A DNA stretch of 64,000 bases from positions 448,001-512,000 of the forward strand of contig JBESAV010000001.1 of the NCBI GenBank assembly GCA_041242255.1, given 5' to 3'. The stretch's first letter is position 1. Each line of letters opens with the position of its first letter. The notes under the pieces were generated by a model that saw only the letters and a list, made by a program, of their open reading frames with translations, did no database searches and was not told the origin of the DNA. Made by a program: the position numbers and the translations under genes. This stretch comes from Candidatus Altimarinota bacterium. GTDB taxonomy: Bacteria; Patescibacteriota; Gracilibacteria; UBA1369; GCA-2718715. Of this stretch, positions 1 through 8,800 are shown in pieces.

Positions 1-1312
1 TAGTCATCTCAAGAGGGAAACCATAAGTGTCGTAAAGCTTAAACGCAACCTTTCCAGATATAGTTGTATTGTTAAATTCCTTCATCTTTTCTGCTACTTT
101 TTCAAATTCTTTCTGACCAGTTTTTAAAGTTTTACTAAATTGCTCTTCTTCTTTCAAAAGCTCATTTAAAATCATTGCAGAGTTTTCTTCTAGTTCCGTA
201 TAATGATGTTTGTATTCTTCGATAAACTTCTCAGCAATCCTTACCAAAAATTGTTCTTCAATCCCAAGCCTATGAAGATGTCTTACCGCACGTCTTATAA
301 GCTTTCTCAAAACATAACCTTGATCCTTATTTGATGGAGTAACCGATGTCACAGGGTCTCCAATCATAAATACCGCTGCCCTTACATGGTCAGCAATAAT
401 CCTTTTTGATTTCTCAGCTTCAGACACTCCAGCAAACTCAGATTCTCCCATCTTATCAACAACTGCAGAGTCAGCAGCTTGTTCTAAAAGCTCCATTACT
501 GGTTTAAATAACTCAGTCTCATAAGCAGAGGAAACTCCTTGTAAAGCAGCAGTTGTTCTTTCTAGTCCCATACCGGTATCTATATTTTTCTTTTCTAGCT
601 CAAAACAATTACCATCAGAATCCCTATAAAACTGCATAAATACGTTATTCCAAATCTCCATATATAAGTCAGCTTCATCATTTACATGGTACTCTCCATT
701 CAAAAACTTCTCATCTTCTACGTCACCCATATAGTAAAAAATCTCAGTATCAGGTCCACAAAGACCAACTGGTCCTAGATCCCACCAATTTTCTTCAACT
801 CCAAAGAAGTAAATCCTATTCATATTCCCATCACCAGCTGTGCATTCAGAGGCTCTTACAAATCCCAAGCTTTCCCACACCTTTGCCGCTTCTTCATCCT
901 TAGGAGCATTTTCATCACCTTCAAAACATGTGACACATATACGACGAGCATCTAGCCCAAGACCACCTTCAGCTTTAGGTGCAGTCAAAAATTTCCAACT
1001 CATCTCAATCGATTCTTTTTTGAAATAGTCACCCAGGGACCAATTTCCAAGCATTTCAAAGAAAGTATGATGCGAATTATCACCAATTTCATCTATGTCA
1101 TTTGTACGAATACATTTCTGAGAGTTCACAAGCCTTGATCCAGAAGCATGCTCTTTACCCATAAGATAAGGAATAAGCGGTTGCATTCCAGCAGTATTAA
1201 AAAGCACAGTCGGGTCATTTTCTGGTACAACTGATGCAGATCCAATTTCTGCATGATCAAAATTCTTAACAAAAAAGTCGATATATTTACGGCGAAGCTC
1301 TCGAGCCAACAT
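1..1312 (-). CDS. alaS: alanine--tRNA ligase, partial (runs off the left edge)
   Basis: Not in the ORF track. Manual translation from ATG at 1312 gives MLARELRRKYIDFF...DPTVLFNTAGMQP...QKCIRTNDIDEIGDNSHHTFFEMLGNWSLGDYFK, the AlaRS N-terminal motifs. Confidence 0.97.
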   Translation of the reverse strand, partial: MLARELRRKYIDFFVKNFDHAEIGSASVVPENDPTVLFNTAGMQPLIPYLMGKEHASGSRLVNSQKCIRTNDIDEIGDNSHHTFFEMLGNWSLGDYFKKESIEMSWKFLTAPKAEGGLGLDARRICVTCFEGDENAPKDEEAAKVWESLGFVRASECTAGDGNMNRIYFFGVEENWWDLGPVGLCGPDTEIFYYMGDVEDEKFLNGEYHVNDEADLYMEIWNNVFMQFYRDSDGNCFELEKKNIDTGMGLERTTAALQGVSSAYETELFKPVMELLEQAADSAVVDKMGESEFAGVSEAEKSKRIIADHVRAAVFMIGDPVTSVTPSNKDQGYVLRKLIRRAVRHLHRLGIEEQFLVRIAEKFIEEYKHHYTELEENSAMILNELLKEEEQFSKTLKTGQKEFEKVAEKMKEFNNTTISGKVAFKLYDTYGFPLEMT

Positions 1313-1404
1313 AGTATTCAAATTACAGTCAAGCCGATTCTAACACTTAGTTTTCACCTTTTAAAGAACATTTTCTACTATGTATCTAATCTTAGAAACC
1401 AATC

Positions 1405-3036
1405 ATGGCCAAGAAAAAAAAGCAAAAAAAGTCAAAAGTTGAACAGACAAAAAAAGCTACCCAAAAAAAGATCAATGATGCCCAAGCAAAACCAACCAAA
1501 GATGTAGATAACTCATCTGAAAAGTTCATCGACCACCTAAACACAATTTTCAGAAGTCAATTTTCCCGCGGAGTTCTATCTTTCACAATTTTACTAATAC
1601 TCGGATATTCACTTTATAGCTACACACAACACAAACTCTACCAGGGCACATTAGTCAATCTTCTTCCAGCAGATACTACCTTTGCTTTCCTTGAGGTAAA
1701 CCAAAATTTATATTTAGACCAAGTCAAAAGACTCTCTAATCACAAAAATCAAGAAGAGATAAGGCAGCTTATCGATCCTGAAACATCCCTTCTCAACCAA
1801 ACCAACATTACTCCAGTACTCAATAGAGCCCTCAAAAAAAATCTATCTATCCAGTATTCTCAAGATCAAAAAAAATACCTTTTCTTATACAAACTACTCC
1901 CAGAAGATGCAGAAAAAATAAAATTCCCAGTCAGAGTAATTCAAACCAAATCCGATCAAAAATGGTACTACTCAAAAAAAGGGGATATACTATCTATCTC
2001 AAACGACAAAACAATCAGCAAAAATCCATTCCAAGAATTACCAAAGTTCACAAACCAAAGAGCCTTCCTAGATTCTAGCCTAAATATTCCTCAACAGAAC
2101 TTAGCCTGGTTCAGCATCAACCATAGCTTCATACCTGAGCTATCCTCAGACCCACTTTTCCCTAACAATAAACTTTCTAGTCTTAAAGCAATTTCTCCAA
2201 TATTTGGATTTACTAGTGGATATTTCAATGTAAATACACAAGGTTTATTAGTTGGAACCTATACCAATCCAAACCCAAACCTTAACCTAACACTTAGCCC
2301 ATTACGACAATTGGACAAATTCCAATCAAACCTTCAGCAGTACACACCACCACTTCAGTCTTTAGACTTTATAATATCCGGGACAGAAATATCTACGATG
2401 ACTCAACACTTCACAGACAAATCTCCTGAAATTCTAATAAGCCTCCAAAACATTGCTACACGCCACAATTTATCTCCCCAAAACCAAGCTACAATCCAAG
2501 AAATTCTTCAAAATGAGTATTTAGTTTACAAACAAGAGGATTCTTATTCTTTACTCCTACCAAAGCAAAACCCAGAAACAGAAACTCAAATTCTAGATAT
2601 ATTCTCAAATCTTGAAGCTTACTATTCACCGACTATCAACTCTTACCTTCTGGAAGACAACACTCGTGCCAGAACCAAAGTTCCATCAGAGCCAGTTATT
2701 CGTGAACCAAACGAGGATCAATTACATACTTTCAACATGAAAGAGCTATCCACCCAGGTCCATGTAGACTTTTCTCATCCTCAATATATCCAGATAACCT
2801 ACAATCCTCCAACTACTCAAACAATCTCTCAACCAAAACAAACTTCAGTCGAGCCAGAAAATCCAGATTTCTTCCAGAATCTATTGCCTCAAGGTAGTAG
2901 CCATATCTACATGTCACAAGACCAAGTTTTAGAGCTAATTACTGAAGAAGACCTTAGTTTTTACCCATTTAATGTAAACTCTTCCACTTACTTTTTTGAT
3001 GATGGTATTCAAGCCTTATTCCAATTAACATGGTAA
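1405..3036 (+). CDS. membrane-anchored hypothetical protein
   Basis: 543-aa ORF with a Lys-rich N-terminus, one TM helix (VLSFTILLILGYSLY) and a large soluble domain; overlaps the next gene. Confidence 0.75.
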   Translation: MAKKKKQKKSKVEQTKKATQKKINDAQAKPTKDVDNSSEKFIDHLNTIFRSQFSRGVLSFTILLILGYSLYSYTQHKLYQGTLVNLLPADTTFAFLEVNQNLYLDQVKRLSNHKNQEEIRQLIDPETSLLNQTNITPVLNRALKKNLSIQYSQDQKKYLFLYKLLPEDAEKIKFPVRVIQTKSDQKWYYSKKGDILSISNDKTISKNPFQELPKFTNQRAFLDSSLNIPQQNLAWFSINHSFIPELSSDPLFPNNKLSSLKAISPIFGFTSGYFNVNTQGLLVGTYTNPNPNLNLTLSPLRQLDKFQSNLQQYTPPLQSLDFIISGTEISTMTQHFTDKSPEILISLQNIATRHNLSPQNQATIQEILQNEYLVYKQEDSYSLLLPKQNPETETQILDIFSNLEAYYSPTINSYLLEDNTRARTKVPSEPVIREPNEDQLHTFNMKELSTQVHVDFSHPQYIQITYNPPTTQTISQPKQTSVEPENPDFFQNLLPQGSSHIYMSQDQVLELITEEDLSFYPFNVNSSTYFFDDGIQALFQLTW

Positions 3037-4940
3037 ACCAAAACAAATTTTTCTATTTCATTGTTTCACTACTAATAGTCTTTTTTGTTTTAAATATATT
3101 CTCTTCAGCTCTAAACATATCTCAAATAACCAAACTAAATTTAAGCTCTCTAAGAGAAGCAGTTTCCTCTATATCCTCAGCCAAAGACAATACCCAAAGT
3201 TTAAATCTCGAAGAAGCCTCAAAAAATTTCACTCAAGCTAGCCAGTATTTCCAGGATTTAAAAGATTCATCGATTTACTTCGAAAACGATCTTTTATCTC
3301 CTCAAGAAATATCCCAAGCCGGACTAATATTAAGTAGGTTAGGAGAAAACTTAACCAATTCAGTAGCAAACCTAAAAGCCTTGCCAACTGAAATGTTTGA
3401 GATAAACAAGCAGGTCTTTTTAGGTGAAACACAATCCAAAAGATCCCAGTCTTTAACTACCCAAATTTCCCAAACCAAATCCACCATCGAGCTATCAATC
3501 TCTCAAGCAACTCAAGCTTCACAACTACTATCAGACCAATCCTACCAATTACTGCCTCCAAAACTTAAAAATGAATACAAGGACGCCCTACAAAAGCTAG
3601 ACCAAGTCCAAACAATCCTTCAAAGAGTAGACGCCCTTTTAGCAGGAACATTAGATTTACTAGGACATCGGACGCCACATCGTTACTTAGTACTCCTTCA
3701 AAATCAAAATGAGCTACGCCCACTCGGCGGTTTCTTAGGAAGTGTGATGTCATTCCAGGTAGATCAAGGAATCATAACTGATATTAATTTCCAAGATATA
3801 TACGACATCGATGGTCAGGCTCAAAAAACTTTAGATGTGCCACCAGAGTTCCAAGGTTTCTCTACAGAGATTTTCTCAAGAGATGCCAACTACAGCCCAA
3901 TTCCAGAGGTATCCATCCAAAAAATCCAAAACTTATTCAGCCACTCTAAGCAAACAAACTACAGATCATACATCATTCTAAATCATAATTTTCTAGCTAA
4001 GCTTCTTGAAAAAGCAGGCCCACTCTCTTTGCAAATTGACGGTAAAACCTATCAAATAACTTCAACTAATTTTTCACTTATTCTCAACACCATTGTTGAG
4101 ATCGAACAAAACAAAGATGTTGTAAACAAGATATTGGAAGATACCCAAACACACATTTTTCAAAACATATCTCAAGAAGATTTATTTCAAGTTATTTACA
4201 CATCAATTCAAGATAGAGATCTACAATTCTTTACTCTAAACCAAACCATCCAAAGCGAGATCGACAAAGCACCACTTTACAAACCAATATCCATCAACAC
4301 ACCACCCGAAACAGATTATCTTTTAGTCACAGAAACCAACATCGGGGGAAACAAGTCTGACCAATACATGCAGACAAACATTACCCACTCAACTAAGTTT
4401 TCTTCCAATCAAATCCTCAACACCATCAATCTATCCAAAACCCACACGTACTCAAATCAAACTGAAATCATCAATAATTCTATACTCCAGTCCAACAACA
4501 TACCTTCAATCCCTGATGAATTACGATTTATATTAGGAAGAGGGGACAATAAAACAATGACTAAACTGTATATCCCAGAGGGTTCAACCTTAGTAAGCTA
4601 TGAGGGTGATTTTACTAAAGATCCAGAAGTTTACCGAGACACAGATTTTCAAAAAACATATATATTATTCGAAACCCAAACAGCTCCAGGCCAAACCTCA
4701 AACGTTCAGATTACCTACAGACCAAAACTAAAAATACCTAATCAAAAAGTACAAACCTACCAGCTCCTTCTTCAAAAACCATCCGGATTTAGTTTCCAAT
4801 TCCAGAAAGAATTAGTTACTGACCAAACCATCAGGTTAAACACTCCAAACTTCCAAACCACTCAAAACCAACCCTTCAAAATCTCATCAACTACTCAAAG
4901 AATAAATCAAGATACCACATTCCAAAACTACTTCTATTGA
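3030..4940 (+). CDS. DUF4012 domain membrane-anchored protein
   Basis: N-terminal TM; motifs YLVLLQNQNELRPLGGFLGS, RDANYSP and NIGGNKSD typical of DUF4012. Confidence 0.85.
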   Translation: MVNQNKFFYFIVSLLIVFFVLNIFSSALNISQITKLNLSSLREAVSSISSAKDNTQSLNLEEASKNFTQASQYFQDLKDSSIYFENDLLSPQEISQAGLILSRLGENLTNSVANLKALPTEMFEINKQVFLGETQSKRSQSLTTQISQTKSTIELSISQATQASQLLSDQSYQLLPPKLKNEYKDALQKLDQVQTILQRVDALLAGTLDLLGHRTPHRYLVLLQNQNELRPLGGFLGSVMSFQVDQGIITDINFQDIYDIDGQAQKTLDVPPEFQGFSTEIFSRDANYSPIPEVSIQKIQNLFSHSKQTNYRSYIILNHNFLAKLLEKAGPLSLQIDGKTYQITSTNFSLILNTIVEIEQNKDVVNKILEDTQTHIFQNISQEDLFQVIYTSIQDRDLQFFTLNQTIQSEIDKAPLYKPISINTPPETDYLLVTETNIGGNKSDQYMQTNITHSTKFSSNQILNTINLSKTHTYSNQTEIINNSILQSNNIPSIPDELRFILGRGDNKTMTKLYIPEGSTLVSYEGDFTKDPEVYRDTDFQKTYILFETQTAPGQTSNVQITYRPKLKIPNQKVQTYQLLLQKPSGFSFQFQKELVTDQTIRLNTPNFQTTQNQPFKISSTTQRINQDTTFQNYFY

Positions 4941-5809
4941 AATAATACATTGAAGTAACTTGTTGTATTAGCATAATGTCCAGTATATTCATAAGAATTA
5001 GTATAACCAATAATCTCTGGATCTTTTTTCATCAAGCGAGCAAGCTCAACTCCAATCAAAAGTGAAGGAGGGGAGTCTACATTATCAATTTTCAAATCTT
5101 CAACATCCATCGACATAATAGCCTCACGAGTCTCCTGATCATAAACACCCGCCTGATTTACAGTCCTGTAATGATTAAAATCAACACTGATCACAAACTT
5201 TGCTTCATCATAATATTTAGTCAGAAATTTTGCCAACTCACGACTTTCCTTGTTCCCAGCTGAAGAGGACACAGATATAGGAACTATCCTAGCTTCAGGA
5301 TTTGTCATTTTTATATAATCAGCTTGCACTCCAATAGAGTGTTCTTTTTCAAAACAACCAGGCTCCATATTCACAAACCCACTTTCAACCAATTCTTCAA
5401 CAATACTCGGCTCACTCTCTAACAATCCAAAATTAGTTTTATAATCATGGTCTCCAGTGCTGAAAACATCCTCACATTTTTCCGGATGGTCAGGTCCAAT
5501 TACAATAAAAAGATCATCTTCATCACTCAAAAATTGCTCATAAAACTCACCAACAAAATCAGCTGCCACAGGCAAATGATGCGAGGTTATACCAATTCTA
5601 CTTGTTGATTCTTCTATGCTTTCTGGCCTACTAAAACTTCTCTCTATAGCCAGCTTATATTTAGAGTTATTACTATCTATCACTAGGTTTCCAACTTCAA
5701 TACTTTGAAGTGAACTTTCCTGAAAAGGGGAGTCCACTCCAGCGTAGCCCTGGCATCCAGCCAAGGCTACTAAACTAAGAATTAAGATACTAGGTTTATA
5801 GGTTTTCAT
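4934..5809 (-). CDS. MEMO1 / AmmeMemoRadiSam protein B-like lipoprotein
   Basis: Lipobox LAGC after a hydrophobic stretch; motifs SHH, IGPDH, EHSI and SVDFNHY; start overlaps the A2M stop (TAATG). Confidence 0.8.
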   Translation of the reverse strand: MKTYKPSILILSLVALAGCQGYAGVDSPFQESSLQSIEVGNLVIDSNNSKYKLAIERSFSRPESIEESTSRIGITSHHLPVAADFVGEFYEQFLSDEDDLFIVIGPDHPEKCEDVFSTGDHDYKTNFGLLESEPSIVEELVESGFVNMEPGCFEKEHSIGVQADYIKMTNPEARIVPISVSSSAGNKESRELAKFLTKYYDEAKFVISVDFNHYRTVNQAGVYDQETREAIMSMDVEDLKIDNVDSPPSLLIGVELARLMKKDPEIIGYTNSYEYTGHYANTTSYFNVLFQ

Positions 5810-8800
5810 TATCTGATAGTTATATTTCCATCTTCTCCTCTAGCCACATTATCAGCATCATACTCTTTGATTTGGGCACCTTGCACTTTAAATTCTCCAT
5901 CAGATACAACTCTAGCAAAGTAACTTATCTCACCATCATTACAGTTGTTATAACGCTCTAAAGAGTAACTAGATCGACTGAAAGTAATCACATTCCCAAC
6001 ACTCTTACCTCCATACCAATTATAACTACATGTCTCACTATTAAATTGATACCTAGTCACATTATTTATCACTGGTCTTAATCCAGAAGGTAAATAATCA
6101 ATAATCTGGTAATTCTTATATTCATCTTCATTGTAAATAGAGTCTTCAATATCTATCACAACTCGAACCAAGTCACCACTTTCAAACTGACTCGTTTCTA
6201 CTCCATCCACAAGATACCTCTTACTTATACTTAGATTTTGACTATTCCCAGCTAGGTCACCACTTTCTCTATAGCTAGCTACAAGCATTACCTCTCCATC
6301 AATACTTTCAACTTCCAGAGCCTCAGCTTGAGCTTTAGTTATCTTCTCATATCTCGAGAATCCATCACTCAAGTCAAACTCCATAACCTCATCTCCAATC
6401 CTTAAACTAACCAAAGACTCAACCAACTCAACATTTGATATAACTTTTTCCATTGCCATCACACCAGCAATACCATACACAGAACCATCACTTTCAAATA
6501 CTTCCAAAGCCTCTCCATCTACAGGCAAACCAATTCTAGCTCTCAAAAGATTATTTAACTGAGTAAACTGACCCTCTACTAAGTCACTCGAGATAGAGTT
6601 GTTATACATCGCTCTAGCACCTTCTTTATCTCCCATCTTCTCAAGCCCAAGCGCTACATATATTTCACCAAGTTTAGTATTCTCAGAGCTTCTAGCTACT
6701 TCTTTAAGTTCAGCCAAAACATTTTCTCCCAAACTTGCTAATCCATATAAGGCAATAGAGGTTCTCTCAATGTCTGCAGTCTTGTTAACCATCTGCTCTC
6801 TTAGATAACTAGAAGTCTTAGCTTTCAAAATATCATCCCCAAGAATATCAGAGACTAAAGCTGTTAATTCCAGGTCAGCATCACCATAAGTAAACAACGC
6901 CAATCCATTATTATCAGGCACATAGTAATCATTCAGATTCAAATCAATTTTTTCAGGTTCATTATTCCCAAACTGTTCACTCATCAAATCAACAATGTAG
7001 TTTCTTGTTACAATCTGATCCAACCTATTATTCACAACATAAAGTCCAGATCTCAACTCAGGTAAAAATTTACCTTTCCCAACTGTAGCTAATTCTAGAT
7101 CAACCATTCCCTCAGCAGGAACCTCTAGTCCAACTGCTCCAGTACTATCAATCAACACATCCTCAAATGCTAATCTTTGACCATATGATTCAATCACCTC
7201 AAAAGGCAATACCAATGTGTCAGCATTATCTCCCTGTCTTACAGTCAACTTAGCTTCGTGTATCCCAAGTTGAAGTTCTTCGATCTGGAAACCATAAGAA
7301 GTTTCACTACTAGTAACCTCTTCCAAAATCCCTAGCGATTCAATTTCCAAAACATAATCAATCTCATCTCCAATCACCAAGTCCTCCCCATAAGCTCTGA
7401 TCTCCATAACTGGTTTATCCTCTAGCAGGTAAGTGTCATTAATACTCGTTGCAGCAAACACAGGCAAGCTAACAGGCACTTTTATGTTATCTTGCCCAGC
7501 CAAAATTCTTTCATTTTCAAATGCCTTTGCTGAGATCCTCCATGAAGTTAAGTTATCAGGAAGATCAAAGAAAGCAGTTGCACTACCACCAGCATTTGTT
7601 TCGAAAGTATCAAACAAGCTTACATCTTTAAACTCAGATCTTTCAGCTCCACCTTTCTCAGCATTATGTACATAAATCCCATCCGCAAAGTATGTATGGG
7701 TTTTATCTACATTCAAGTTATACACTCTAGTTGCAGGCTTATTTACATATTCAATTTTTTCAATCCTAACAATCTCTCCATTTTCTCCAATCAATTCATC
7801 TCCAACCTCAGCCATCCCAGCCAATCTCCATTTTCCATTTAAGAAGATTTCATGTTCACCTGTTACTTCCAGCTCATCATTAATAATCATGTAACCATCT
7901 ACCAAATAGCTATGAACACCTTGCACAGTTACAATCTTCTTATTACCAGAATTTTCATTAGCGAAGCTCAAGACTTGGTCTCCAACTCGAACCTCCTCAA
8001 TCGGTTTACTTTCACCATTCGACATTAATACCATTGTCCCAGGTAAGAAACATCCTCCTTGCTCAGCACCAGCATCCATATTAGCCGCTTCAAGGCGTTC
8101 ATTTTTATTTGCCCCACTTTGCGGACTATCAATATTATCAATGTACAAAGTACTTAATATATCTTTCTCATACTCATAAGGTAAAACATGGAATAATGCC
8201 TCATCCACAGAAGCCAGGTTAACTTCAGCCTTTACCGGATCACCATTCACATCAGTTACTTCCATCTCAATCTCAACTCTTTCTCCAGGTCTATATCTAT
8301 CCTTGTCTGTTTGCATGTTTATGGAAAGCTCACTTTGCAATTCATCATACGAAGCAATCACTCTATTTGTATCCTCAAATCCAGTCTCAGTCAAAACAAC
8401 AGCCTGGTAAGCAAACCCAGGAATAAACTCTTCTTTAAATACTTTCGATACATTCTCCGAAGGAGTAACCTCAAAATCATCTATTGCAGTCTGGTACCCA
8501 TAGTATAAGTACTCCTCAGATTGTAGAGTCTTCTCTTCTGGAACATCCAATTCAAGCTCAAACTCTTCGCCTATTTTCAATTCAGGCTCCTGAGATCTAC
8601 TATTCAAGCTCAAAGTGATCCTTGAATCATCATAGAAACCAAAAGATCTATATCCTATATAGTTTTTAGTTTCAAAATTCACACCTCTGTCATCAGTCGA
8701 ACTTAAGATCACATAGTAAGAAGTATATAGATCTTTCTGTTGTTCAGTTGGCTCAAAGGTAAACTCAAATTCACCCTCACCATTTGTAACACCTTGCTTA

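Noticed and set aside
7663-8052. Canonical selfish intein
   Set aside because: The +1 residue is Ala rather than Cys/Ser/Thr, there is no homing endonuclease, and the host protein is exported, so I treated it as a BIL/Hint domain.
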